Counted from the first letter of the stretch, positions 19,801 through 29,600 are shown. The stretch: 64,000 bases of DNA from Bacteroidia bacterium (GCA_025451785.1 JANWJV010000001.1:1136-65135), one strand, 5' to 3'. Notes: generated by a model from the sequence alone, not told the origin. Made by a program: numbers and translations.

Positions 19801-21360
19801 CAATAACTTATCGCATTCGGCGATACGGTCGGTGGGATATTTCTCGCCGGGCTTTATGCCGAGCGCTTCGTTGTAGGTCACTTTGGCGCCCGCATAGTCT
19901 TTTCCGTTGAAGGAAAGGTCGGCCTTGGCGATCACCGCCTTGTATCGTTCGTCTTTCAGCTTATCCGCTTCAGCAGCGGCAAGCAAACGGGTGATCTCCG
20001 CCAGGCGGTCCTTAGGATATTGTTCAGAAGGTTTAAGCGTTAGCGCCTCGTTGTACCCTGCTTTGGCAGTACTGTAATCTTTCGCATCGAAGCCTTTATC
20101 TCCCTTCGCAACAGCAGCCTTGTAGGCGTCTTCGAGCTCCTTGTCCTTCGAAAGCTTGGCAAGTATGCCATCGATCTCAATGATCCTGTCGGTAGGATAT
20201 TTCTCACCCGGCTTAATGCCCAGCGCCTCGTTGTAAGCGGCCTTGGCACCCGCATAGTCCTTGCCGTTAAAGGCATTGTCGCCTTTGGTGATCGCATCCT
20301 TGTACTTCTGCTCTTTTGCCTTCTCAGCATCAACAGCGGCCAGCAGCTTGGCGATCTCGGCGATCTTGTCTTTGGGATATTGTTCGTTAGGCTTTATCAG
20401 TAATGCCTGCTCATAGCCCGACTTAGCGAAGGAATAGAGTTTGGTGTTGAAGGATTTGTCAGCATTCGCGATAGCAGCACGGTATTTCTCATCGAGTTCG
20501 CGCTGCTTCTGCTGGTCGGCGAATAGCTTGTCGATCTCGGCGATCTTTTGCTTGGGATAGGCTTCGTTCGGTTTTATTCCAAGCGCTTCGGTATATGCGG
20601 CCTTGGCGCCTGCCCATTCCTTTACGGTCATGTTCTGGTCGCCCCGGGTGATCGCGTCTTTGTACTTCTGCTCCTTTTCCTGGTCGCCTTTCATTGAGGC
20701 GAGCATCTTGTCGCACTCTGCGATCTTTGTCTTGGGATATTGCTCTTCAGGTTTGAAGTTGGTAGCTTCGGTAAAAGCGGCTTTGGCTCCGGTGTAATCC
20801 TTCGCGGCAAACGCTTTGTCACCACGCGCTACCGCGTTCTTGTAATTCTCTTCCGCCGACCTTCTCGATTGTTCTTCGAGTTCCTGTAGTCTGCGCAGGG
20901 CGTCCTGTATCGACTGCGTGTAAGCCTTGTCGTAATCAAAATCTTCTTCGGAGGTTTCGTATTTTACTTTGGCGAGTGGCTGGTTCAAAATGGAGTAATC
21001 AACACCTTTAAGCGCGTCGAATATAGAGATGGTCATGTCCATGCCAGCGAAGCCAGCTTTGCCGCGTTCGTCGGGAACGTTCCTGGTGTTAAAACTGAAT
21101 CGCTTAGTGATGTGCCCTGACTTGGTGACGGTGATCATATAGTCACTGTTAGGCATCAATGTAAAGTCGAATTTTCCGCTGGAAGAAGTTGTGACCTGTT
21201 TTACCATGGAGGAGCCCTGGTAAAGGGTAACGATGGCACCGTCAAGCTTTTTGCCAGCCTTCTCTACCTTTCCGCTTACTTTGAAATCCCAGTCCTGGGC
21301 AACTACGGCAGTGGAAAGCAACAGCAGAAGGCCGGCAAGCATTTTGCCGCACAATTTCAT
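16807..21360 (-). CDS. Giant secreted tandem-repeat protein: signal peptide, CarboxypepD_reg-like beta-sandwich, about 21 repeats of 60-63 aa (TPR-like helical hairpins), short unique C-terminal domain
   Basis: The start is taken at MKLCGKMLAGLLLLLSTAVVAQD (21360); the ORF-track start is 21429. The N-terminus (KVSGKVEKAGKKLDGAIVTLYQG…GKFDFTLMPNSDYMITVTKSGH) looks like a carboxypeptidase-regulatory fold. The repeat consensus is KYNxAIAKADKAFxAKDYxxAKxAYNEALGxKPxEKYPKDKIAEIDKLLAxxAKxKELEE. The C-terminus …CKVIRRIVVKDNEANVYTKKIWNWGGTYYFKNDVSISDYTFE is unassigned. There is no OmpA domain. Confidence 0.8.
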   Translation of the reverse strand: MKLCGKMLAGLLLLLSTAVVAQDWDFKVSGKVEKAGKKLDGAIVTLYQGSSMVKQVTTSSSGKFDFTLMPNSDYMITVTKSGHITKRFSFNTRNVPDERGKAGFAGMDMTISIFDALKGVDYSILNQPLAKVKYETSEEDFDYDKAYTQSIQDALRRLQELEEQSRRSAEENYKNAVARGDKAFAAKDYTGAKAAFTEATNFKPEEQYPKTKIAECDKMLASMKGDQEKEQKYKDAITRGDQNMTVKEWAGAKAAYTEALGIKPNEAYPKQKIAEIDKLFADQQKQRELDEKYRAAIANADKSFNTKLYSFAKSGYEQALLIKPNEQYPKDKIAEIAKLLAAVDAEKAKEQKYKDAITKGDNAFNGKDYAGAKAAYNEALGIKPGEKYPTDRIIEIDGILAKLSKDKELEDAYKAAVAKGDKGFDAKDYSTAKAGYNEALTLKPSEQYPKDRLAEITRLLAAAEADKLKDERYKAVIAKADLSFNGKDYAGAKVTYNEALGIKPGEKYPTDRIAECDKLLGDIAKAKEADVKYKEAIVKADNSFKAKEYLAAKTFYTEAMGFKPEEKYPRDRIAECDRLMGDLAKKKELDEKYNAAIAKADQAFAGKDYQGAKGSYNEALGIKPAEAYPKQKIAEIDKLLADMAKTKDLEEKYKQAIEKGDKGFGAQDYTTAKAAYNEALGYKSAEKYPKDKIAEIDRLLAEQAKNAKDKELNEKYNAAIAKADAAFTAADYSAAKTSYNAALGFKPAEKYPKDKLAEIDRILTDAAKNKQLEDRYNAAIAKGDKGFAAKDYGTAKIGYNEALAVKPGEQYPKDKLAEIDKILGDMAKGKEREKNYLAAITKADAAFKAKDYNGAKGSYTEAQGIKPEEKYPADRIAECDRLLAELAKGKEAEQKYNDAIARGDKAFGAKDYENAKTAYNDALGVKPAEVYPKNKIYEIDKILADIAKNKDLEERYKNAIAKADATFASKEYNMAKAGYTEAASIKPAEKYPKDKLAEIDRLLAELAKTKDLEQKYQNAIAKGDKGFGSQDYTSAKAAYNEALGYKPSEKYPKDKLAEIEKLMAEKDRLAKEKELNDKYNAAIARGDAAFGTQDYVSAKTAYTDALGLKPAEKYPKDKLAEVDKLLAALNKGKELENAYKAAIAKADKAFDAKDYTSAKGGYSEASGLKPAEKYPKDRLKEIEKLLADMAKNNELMKKYNEIIARADQAFTLKDYPKARNTYTEALGVKPDEKYPKDKIAEIDKLVGDMAKDKELQAKYNDAIARADKAFTAKDYEGARPLYSEASSYKPNEQYPKDRMKEIDGILDRYAKDHEADQKYNDAMARADKAFGIKDYAGAKSAYTEALNFKPNEKYPKAKIAEIDKILDAQARGAENDKKFQEAIEKADKLFADKEYRVARVAYSDALTIKPSEKYPKDRIKEIDELLKKVGSATTVADGKAEDERKKAFMNALLAKYGPGVTEETQDEPNCKVIRRIVVKDNEANVYTKKIWNWGGTYYFKNDVSISDYTFEAETKSK
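17050..20860 (-). repeat. In-frame tandem DNA repeats of about 180-189 bp, 21 copies, encoding the protein repeats of the giant gene
   Basis: The period is visible in the translation. Every unit carries (E/Q)(K/Q/A)YPKDK(I/L)AEID and KDYxxAK. Coordinates are approximate. Confidence 0.7.
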
Positions 21361-21558
21361 CCCGACATTTTTCAGAGGCACACCCAATGGGTTGAGGGTG
21401 ATGCCACGATCCGGCCTTTGAAAGCTCATAAACTGTCCGCTAGAAAAGTTTTTTCACAAGTTAGCAAATATCGTAAAATAATGCCAAGTTTGATACTTTT
21501 GACGCTTATTTTAATTCCGGGTTTAATTGACATTATTTCCCGTCTTTTACGGTAAACT

Positions 21559-22689
21559 ATGAACTGGAGTTTTTGGGAATACGAAACATTTTTCAACAAA
21601 ATCGACGTTGCTGTTGTTGGTAGCGGACTGGTAGGCCTTAACGCCGCGCTTAGCCTGAAGCTGCAACAACCGAAACTGAATGTGCTCGTGCTTGAACGAG
21701 GAATACTCCCATCGGGAGCAAGTACCAAGAACGCAGGGTTCGCCTGCTTCGGAAGTCCCTCCGAATTACTGGATGACCTTGGTCGTGGCAGCGAGGAAAA
21801 AGTATTTGCGCTTGTTGAAAAAAGGTGGAAAGGCCTTCGCCGTTTAAGAAGGATCCTTGGTGATAAGGCCATTGCCTACGAAGGCTTTGGTGGATTCGAG
21901 GTTTTTACTGATAATGAGCTGTATGGTGCTTGTGAAGAGAACATTGATCTTCTCAACAAAAACCTTCGAAAAGTAACAGGCATTCCAGCGGTATATCGTA
22001 AGGCAGACGGGGCCATAAAAAAGTTTGGCTTGAAAGGGGTGGGTCACATCATTGAGAACACCGCCGAGGGTCAGATAGATACCGGTAAAATGATGCGCGC
22101 CCTGATATCGAAAGTTCAAAGCAAAGGCATCACGATCCTGAACGGTTTTCCTGTGAAAGAGATACGCGATACAGGAAGTTACGCTGAGATAGAGGCGGAA
22201 GACGGCTTTGTTTTTCGCTGTGGAAAAGTGCTGGTGGCTACCAATGGTTTCGCGAAACAATTACTTCCCTCCTACCCTGTTCAGCCGGCGCGTGCGCAGG
22301 TGCTCATTACCTCACCGCTTAAAAGCCTGAAGCTGAAAGGCACTTTTCATATGGACAGAGGTTATTATTATTTCCGTAATGTGGGCAGGCGTGTGCTGCT
22401 TGGCGGAGGGCGGAACCTTGACTTCGAAGGAGAGGAAACATTTGAAGCGGGTTTGACGGAAAGGATACAAAAGAGCCTCGAGGAATTATTGGCAACTGTT
22501 ATTCTCCCCGGGGAGAAGTTCGAGATAGAGCGCCGCTGGAGCGGGATCATGGGACTCGGCGGCGAAAAATCATACATCGCGAAAGCGGCTTCTAAGAACG
22601 TTTTTGTAGCTGTACGCATGGGCGGAATGGGCGTCGCCATCGGCAGCCTGGTGGGTGAAGAGGCCGCTGGCCTGGTATTGAACTCCTGA
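21559..22689 (+). CDS. FAD-dependent oxidoreductase (DAO / glycine-oxidase-like family)
   Basis: N-terminal Rossmann motif DVAVVGSGLVGLNAALSL. 376 aa, DAO-like length and layout. Confidence 0.75.
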   Translation: MNWSFWEYETFFNKIDVAVVGSGLVGLNAALSLKLQQPKLNVLVLERGILPSGASTKNAGFACFGSPSELLDDLGRGSEEKVFALVEKRWKGLRRLRRILGDKAIAYEGFGGFEVFTDNELYGACEENIDLLNKNLRKVTGIPAVYRKADGAIKKFGLKGVGHIIENTAEGQIDTGKMMRALISKVQSKGITILNGFPVKEIRDTGSYAEIEAEDGFVFRCGKVLVATNGFAKQLLPSYPVQPARAQVLITSPLKSLKLKGTFHMDRGYYYFRNVGRRVLLGGGRNLDFEGEETFEAGLTERIQKSLEELLATVILPGEKFEIERRWSGIMGLGGEKSYIAKAASKNVFVAVRMGGMGVAIGSLVGEEAAGLVLNS

Positions 22690-22737
22690 AAACACCCCTT
22701 AAATCAAGCAATTTAGAGGCCTTCTGAAGTCCGTTTT

Positions 22738-22757
22738 TTGAACATTTTGATGTTCAA
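22738..22757. promoter_or_regulatory. Perfect palindrome TTGAACAT-TTTG-ATGTTCAA upstream of the adhesin gene array (candidate operator)
   Basis: 8-bp perfect inverted repeat with a 4-bp spacer, located 85-105 nt upstream of the first adhesin ORF. Confidence 0.3.
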
Positions 22758-22766
22758 AATTTAATT

Positions 22767-22799
22767 TCCCCTCTGAGCAACCTTTCCAGGGGTTTTTTT
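22767..22799 (+). terminator. Rho-independent terminator after the FAD oxidoreductase gene
   Basis: Stem cccct…agggg (22768-22792) followed by a T7 run. Confidence 0.5.
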
Positions 22800-22865
22800 G
22801 TCTGATAATGAGCTTGTTAATGTTCATTTTTTTGCTCAAATTTGCTTGTTTTAAAGCCCCTGTTA

Positions 22866-25800
22866 ATGCACAAAGCGATCCCCGTTAAATTTTGCCTGTT
22901 TTTTTTATTGCTTTTTGCTGCCCGGTCCAGTGCCCAATTCAACCAATGGACCTGGATGGCTGGCGACAATCTTACCAACCAGGCAGGGGTATACGGAACA
23001 CAGGGTGTTGGCAATGCCGCTAACAAACCCAGCGCCCGTTATGAAGGCGGCGGCGAATGGATAGACCTGCAAGGAAACTTCTGGCATTTTGGCGGTGGCG
23101 GTTTTGCTTCTTCCCGCAGCGATCTCTGGAAATACGATCCCAATACGAATATCTGGACCTGGATGAAAGGCCCTACTACTCCCGCGGTGCCCGGTGTTTA
23201 CGGCACTATGGGTGTGGCCAACATTGCTAACTGCCCGGGGGGACGAGCTTTCGCCTCTCTCACTTGGGTGGACCTGGCAGGAAACTTCTGGCTGTTCGGC
23301 GGTTCGGGCTATAACAACACTTCCACTTCAGGCCGCCTCAGCGATCTTTGGAAATACGATCCTATCACTAACATGTGGACCTGGATGAACGGCCCTATGA
23401 CGGTGAACACGCAAGGTGTTTACGGTACCAAGGGAGTTGCCAGCGCTGCCAACCGCCCCGGAGGGCGTGATGAAACAGATGCTGCCTGGGTAGATGCCCA
23501 GGGCAATTTCTGGATCTTTGGTGGTTACGGTTACGATGGTGTTGGTGGCTTCGGCTGTTTGAACGACCTCTGGAAATACGATCCCATCACCAACCAATGG
23601 ACCTGGGTGAGCGGCGATAACCTTGCCAACCAGGTGGCGGTTTACGGCACCAAGGGAATTGCCAACGCGGCAAACAAGCCTGACGGCCGTATGCAATACG
23701 CAAGCTGGAAAGATAACGCCGGCAACTTCTGGATCTTCGGCTCCAGGGGCGGAAGCGCGTTTACCCAACACGATGATCTTTGGAAATACGATCCTGTTAC
23801 GAACATGTGGACCTGGATGAAGGGCGCCGCGGGAGCGGGAAATGCTTCTGGCACCTACGGCACCAAGTGTGTTGACGGACCTAACAACAATCCTCCCGCA
23901 CTCTATGAGAACCGCTGCCGCTGGGAAGATGATTGCGGCAATCTCTGGCTTTGGGGCGGCAACAGTCACAACGATCTTTGGCGATACAGTCAGACTACGG
24001 GCAACTGGACCTGGGTGAGCGGTTCGAACCTTACGGGGCAGGCAGGTGTATATGGCACCAAGGGCGTTTCGAACGCCACCAATATGCCGGGCGCGCGCTG
24101 CGGCAATCTGCCCTTCAGGAGGAAGAACACCAATGAACTTTGGTTCTTCGGCGGCGGCCTTCCTGGTGACTTCAATGATTTCTGGAAATACGTTCCCGAT
24201 AAACCTGTGGCGTCTTTTACTTTTAATCCCAACAACGCCTGCGCGCCTATCGCGGTGGCATTTACTAATACAAGCACGCCCGGTTGTAACGAAATAAAAT
24301 CATCAGCATGGAACTTCGGTGATCCGGGCTCGGGCGCCAACAACGTTTCAACGCTTACCAATCCCAATCATACGTTCAACACACCCGGCAGCTATACGGT
24401 TAAGCTGGTGGTGACGAATTGCACCGGCAGTAAAGATTCTACCACCGCTATTGTTACAGTAACCTCCTGCGGTTTCGTGGTGAATGCCACCGGCTCGAAC
24501 ATTTGTTCCGGTTCTTGCGGATCGGTGACCACCACCTGCCTTGCAGGAACATCGCCTTACACCTATTCCTGGAATACAGGTGCCACTACTTCGAACATCA
24601 ATCCCTGCCCTACTGTTACTACGATCTACACGGTGGTGGTCACTGACGCCAACGCCGCCACCGCTTCGGCAACGGCGCAGGTAACGGTGAGCCCGCCCAT
24701 GACACTGGGAACAAATACTGTTGATGTAAAATGCAACGGAGGCTTTACAGGTTCAGCTACGGTAAGCAGCATCACAGGCGGTACTTCGCCCTACACCTAT
24801 TCCTGGGCGGGAGGTTTTGGGACCACAGGCTTCGCTACGGGATTATCGGCGGGAAATTATTCCATCACGATCACCGACTCGTTCGGGTGTACCAAAACGG
24901 CCGGCTTTGTTGTGAACCAGCCCACCGCGCTAGTGCTCAACCCAGGATCGGCAGCGGTGCTATGTAACGGCGGCAGTACCGGGTCCGCTTCCGTAACGGC
25001 AAGCGGTGGAACCACTTCGTACACCTACGCCTGGAACAACGGACAAACAAACGCTAACGCTACGGGCCTCAGTGCAGGTACCTATACAGTAACTGTTACT
25101 GACGCGAATGCATGTACCAAGTCGGTGACGGTTTCCGTAACGCAGCCCACGGCTATCATAACGACCACTACTGTAACCGCTTCTACTTGTACTTTGGGCG
25201 GCACCGCCACAGCTAGCAGCGGCGGCGGAACAGGAGTGTATTCGTATTTGTGGAGCAACGGACAAACAACGCAAACAGCTACGGGTCTTGCTATAGGAAA
25301 TTACACCGTTACAGTCAGTGACGCGAACAACTGTACCCAAACAGCAACAGCTTCTATCATTGGAACCTCAGGTCCTACTGCCGGTATAAGTATTGCGAAC
25401 AATCTGAAATGCTTTAACGATAACAGTGGTAGTACTACTGTAACAGCTACCGGTGGTACCGGTTCCTATACTTATTCCTGGAACAACGGACAAACAAACG
25501 CGAATGCTACGGGCCTTAACGCTGGAAGCTATACGGTGACCGTTACCGATAACAATGGCTGTACCTTCACGGTGAGCGTAGCGCTTACCGAACCGGCGGT
25601 TCTGGTGGCCACCGCTACCGGCGCCAATGCCTGCCAGAACGCTACCGCAAATGGAAACGCGGTTGGCGGAACGGTAAACTATAATTACCTCTGGAGCAAC
25701 GGCCAGGCAACACAAAATGCCACCGGCCTTTCCACGGGCGTTTACACTCTTACTGTTACTGACGCTAATGGATGTACCGCTACTGATACCGCGGTGGTGA

Positions 25801-26603
25801 ACATCAGCCCTCCCCCGATCATTGTGTTTACTGTTGATGATTCGGCGGGCTGTGTAGCGCTCTGTGTCAACTTCACTTGTAACACTGCTAACATCGTTGC
25901 TTATACCTGGGATTTTGGTGATGGCAGCACTATTGTTACCGGAACAATAAATACCCAGGCGCATTGCTATAAACAAACAGGGACATTCAGTGTAACGCTT
26001 ACGGTGACCGATAACAAAGGCTGCACGGCGACCTTGACAAAGAACAATATGATCTTTGTTTATCCCAATGTGGTAGCCGCCTTTAACGCGTCGCCACAAC
26101 CTACAACTATTCTCAATCCCATTATTACGTTCACCGACCAGAGCACCGGCGGTCCGAATACCTGGAGCTGGACCTTCTTTGACGATGGAGCAACAAGCGC
26201 TCTTCAAAACCCTAAACACGCCTACAAGGACAGCGGCTGCTTTAACGTGGAACTCATTGCCAATAACCAATACAATTGTCCTGACACGGTGAGTGAACAG
26301 GTATGTATACAGGGTGATTACGAATTATACGCGCCCAACGCGTTCACTCCCGATGGCAGTGGGCTGAACGATGTGTGGAATGTGAAGGGCATCGGTATCG
26401 ACCCGAACAATTTTAAGCTTTGGATCTTCGACCGCTGGGGAGATCTTATTTACGAAACCTCGGACCTTTACAAAGGCTGGGATGGACGTGCCAATGGCGG
26501 CAAGGACATCGCGCAGCAGGATGTGTATGTGTGGAAGGTGGCGACGAAGGATTTCCAGGGAGGAAAGCATTCTTACATCGGACATATTAACCTCGTTAGA
26601 TAA
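22866..26603 (+). CDS. T9SS type-B sorted cell-surface adhesin-like protein 1: signal peptide, 6-7-blade Kelch/galactose-oxidase-type beta-propeller, PKD, about 9 SprB repeats, 2 PKD, gliding-motility C-terminal domain (CHU_C)
   Basis: Propeller blades repeat as WTWMxG…GVYGTxGV…AAN(K/R)PG…G-FW-FGG…DLWKYDP. SprB-type units: CNGGxTGSAxV…GGTSPYTYSW(N/S)NGQT…ATGLxAGxYTVTVTDANGC. C-terminus: YELYAPNAFTPDGSGLNDVWNVKGIGID…DRWG…VYVWK…GHINLVR, the type-B CTD. The start is taken at MHKAIPVKF (22866); the alternative upstream Met is at 22842. Confidence 0.85.
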   Translation: MHKAIPVKFCLFFLLLFAARSSAQFNQWTWMAGDNLTNQAGVYGTQGVGNAANKPSARYEGGGEWIDLQGNFWHFGGGGFASSRSDLWKYDPNTNIWTWMKGPTTPAVPGVYGTMGVANIANCPGGRAFASLTWVDLAGNFWLFGGSGYNNTSTSGRLSDLWKYDPITNMWTWMNGPMTVNTQGVYGTKGVASAANRPGGRDETDAAWVDAQGNFWIFGGYGYDGVGGFGCLNDLWKYDPITNQWTWVSGDNLANQVAVYGTKGIANAANKPDGRMQYASWKDNAGNFWIFGSRGGSAFTQHDDLWKYDPVTNMWTWMKGAAGAGNASGTYGTKCVDGPNNNPPALYENRCRWEDDCGNLWLWGGNSHNDLWRYSQTTGNWTWVSGSNLTGQAGVYGTKGVSNATNMPGARCGNLPFRRKNTNELWFFGGGLPGDFNDFWKYVPDKPVASFTFNPNNACAPIAVAFTNTSTPGCNEIKSSAWNFGDPGSGANNVSTLTNPNHTFNTPGSYTVKLVVTNCTGSKDSTTAIVTVTSCGFVVNATGSNICSGSCGSVTTTCLAGTSPYTYSWNTGATTSNINPCPTVTTIYTVVVTDANAATASATAQVTVSPPMTLGTNTVDVKCNGGFTGSATVSSITGGTSPYTYSWAGGFGTTGFATGLSAGNYSITITDSFGCTKTAGFVVNQPTALVLNPGSAAVLCNGGSTGSASVTASGGTTSYTYAWNNGQTNANATGLSAGTYTVTVTDANACTKSVTVSVTQPTAIITTTTVTASTCTLGGTATASSGGGTGVYSYLWSNGQTTQTATGLAIGNYTVTVSDANNCTQTATASIIGTSGPTAGISIANNLKCFNDNSGSTTVTATGGTGSYTYSWNNGQTNANATGLNAGSYTVTVTDNNGCTFTVSVALTEPAVLVATATGANACQNATANGNAVGGTVNYNYLWSNGQATQNATGLSTGVYTLTVTDANGCTATDTAVVNISPPPIIVFTVDDSAGCVALCVNFTCNTANIVAYTWDFGDGSTIVTGTINTQAHCYKQTGTFSVTLTVTDNKGCTATLTKNNMIFVYPNVVAAFNASPQPTTILNPIITFTDQSTGGPNTWSWTFFDDGATSALQNPKHAYKDSGCFNVELIANNQYNCPDTVSEQVCIQGDYELYAPNAFTPDGSGLNDVWNVKGIGIDPNNFKLWIFDRWGDLIYETSDLYKGWDGRANGGKDIAQQDVYVWKVATKDFQGGKHSYIGHINLVR

Positions 26604-26613
26604 TAACCAATAA

Positions 26614-29600
26614 ATGAAAAACGCCCTTTCAATTCTTATCGCTTTGTTCTTGCTCCTAAAGGCGGACGCCCAGTCGGCACCCGGAGGCTGGACGACTGAT
26701 CCTTTCAGGCAGCATGCTTTCATTGAGAACAAAGGACAGTTCGATGGCAAAGACAAGCGCAGGAACAGCGAGATCATGTACGGTGTCTCCAATGATGGCG
26801 TTGATATTTATTTTACGAAGGAAGGAATTACCTGGAGGCATGACCGGTCAGAAAGGGAAGAAAAGAAAATGCTTCCGATCATTGGAGGGAAAATAGAGGA
26901 AGAAGAGGAAAAAATAGAGCTCATCGCCCACATGGCCCATATGAACTGGGAAGGCGCCGACGCTAATGTAAAGATCATCGCGAGCGATCCCATTACCTCC
27001 TACTACACCTATCCTGACCTTAGTGATCGTTCTGGAAATAAAACGCTCAAGGCTTTTGCTTATAAGAAGATCAGGTATCAAAACCTTTACCCGGGTATTG
27101 ATGTTGAGTTCGTGGTTCACGAAAAGAGCGGGGTAAAATACAGTCTCCATCTCCAGCCAGGCGCCAATGCTTCGCTGGTAAAGATGATCTACAAAGGGAT
27201 AGAGGGAATATCAAAGGACGCGGAAGGGAATATTCGTGTTAGTACCCGATTCGGTGAACTGGTTGACCATGCTCCTTCCAGTTTTTACCAGGGTGGAAAA
27301 GGTATCATTTCTTCTTTTGAGTTGAAGGGGTCATCGGTAAGTTTTAAAATGGGAACCTACGATCATTCCAAAAGCGTGGTGATCGATCCCTGGCTTGCGA
27401 ACCCGAATTACACTGGCTTTAACTCCGCTTACGACGTTAACTTCGACGTGGCGGGTAACGTATATGCCTGCGGCTCTTACAATCCTTTCAAACTGGTAAA
27501 GGTCAATAACGCCGGCGCGGTGCAATGGACCTTCAACGCGGCTCAGATCAACGCGACCTATTACGGTGATTTCGCTACAGACGAGGGGACGGGTACCTGC
27601 TACATAGTGGAGGGCCTCAACAACGGACAGGGCTCCAACATTCTTAAAGTAAACAACCAGGGAATACAAACAGCGAAGTTCAACGGCAATACCCAGATCA
27701 CAGAGATGTGGCGCTGCGAGTACAACCGCTGCATCAAGAAGATCGTTATTGCGGGCGGCGGTGTGAGCTTTACCTTCCAGGCGGCGATGATGGATACTTC
27801 TATGTCGACACTCACTCCTGTGAACGTACTTTCCACCAATAAGACCTTTCGCGATATGGCTTTGCTGGGCATCGATAACAACAGCAATTTCTGTTACATG
27901 AGCACCACCAAATCGGTGAGCGCGCCTACCATCGCCGATGACAATATCCTCATCAAGTGTCCTATTCCCGCGCTGATACCACTGGGTTTCGCGATACGCA
28001 CCTTTCATCGCATCGGAGAGATGGGCAGCGTTTGTTATGTGAACAATATGGTGCCGAACGGCAACGCGCCGGCGGTTGGGTTTAACGGGCTTACAGTAAG
28101 CCCTACCGGTGTTTATACTTATGACAGCGATTCGGTGAAACGCTGGAACAAAAATACCGGCGCATTGCTCGCTGCGATCGATGCTTCTGCCACTGCTCCC
28201 ATCTACGCGGGTTATACCGGCAGTGAGATACAGGTAAAATGGGGCGGCATTTGGGCCGATGAGTGCGATAACCTTTACGTGGGTGTTGATAAGGCGATCA
28301 AGTGTTATAACAGTAACCTTACCCTTACAAATACGATCGCGCTTTCGAACACAGTGTTCGATGTGAAGCTGGGGGTCAATAACAAGCTCTACGCTTGCGG
28401 TGTGGGCTTTGTGCAGGAGATCGCTGTAACACCATTGAATAAGACAATTACAATGAGCGCTACTCCTTCTACCGGTTGCAGCGGTTGCAGCGGTACGGCT
28501 ACGGCAAACATCACTTGCGGCAACGGTAACCTTTCGGGATACGGTTATAGCTGGTCGCCGGGCGGACAGTCGACACAAACGGCTACTGCCCTTTGCGCGG
28601 GTATCTATACGGTAACCGTTACCAGCTATTGTGTGAACTCCATGAGCGCTACCGTGCAGGTAACAGGCGGCAGCGGCAGCGGTCTTGTTGTTGCCGGCAG
28701 TACCATTGGCGGCGGCTGCGGATCACTGGGAAGCGCTTCAGCGACTTCTTCGAGCGGTACCGGCCCTTATACTTACAGTTGGAATCCCACAGGACAAAAT
28801 ACGCAGACGGCCACCGGGCTTACGAACGGAACTTATACGGTTACTATTACCGATGCTAATGGTTGCAGCGGAACCACTTCGATCAACGTGACCAACAATG
28901 GAAGTCTTACCGCGAACACCACATTCTCTAATGTGCTGTGTAATGGCGGCGTTAACGGCACCGCATCAGTTACAGCAAGCGGCGGGAGCGGTACCATGAC
29001 CTATTCCTGGAGCAACGGGCAAACAAACCAAACGGCGACTGGACTTGGTTCGGGAACCTACACTGTTACGGTAACCGATAATAGCGGCTGCAGTACCAGC
29101 AAAACAATAAGTGTAACGCAGCCTGCAGCGCTCGCGCTTAACCAGGGCCAGGTGAATGCCGGTTGTAATACCACAGGCAGCGCTTCGGTGACAGCAAGCG
29201 GCGGTACAGGCGCATTCACATATTCATGGAACAACGGACAAACCTCGCAAACGGCAACCGGCCTTGCCGCGGGCAGCTATACGGTTACAGTTACTGACAA
29301 TAACGGCTGCAGCACAACGGCAGCCTATACTATAACGGGCGGCGTGGGCCCTACTATCAGCGGTGTGAACCCAACGAACGTATTGTGTAACGGCGGCACG
29401 AATGGCTCCGCTACCGCTACCGGCACAGGTGGCACAGGCACCCTCACCTACTCCTGGAGTAACGGACAAGCCACATCAAATGCTACTGGTCTTACGGCGG
29501 GAACGTATACTGTTACTGTGACCGATAACAATGGCTGCAGCACCACCACTACTGTGATCGTTACCGAACCTCCTGTTCTTACGGTGAATGCCAACGGAAC

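Noticed and set aside
17050-20860. Regular ~180-bp repeat array that could look like a CRISPR or satellite array
   Set aside because: The repeats are in frame within one long ORF and encode a coherent protein repeat. There are no short spacers and no cas genes. It is a coding tandem repeat.
23328-28578. Minus-strand ORFs of 200-415 aa inside the adhesin genes (23328..23969, 25368..26270, 27331..28578, 29224..29697, 35471..35950 and others)
   Set aside because: They are antisense to strongly supported adhesin coding frames. Their composition (Gly/Ala/Val/Thr-rich DNA) keeps reverse frames open. No recognisable motifs.
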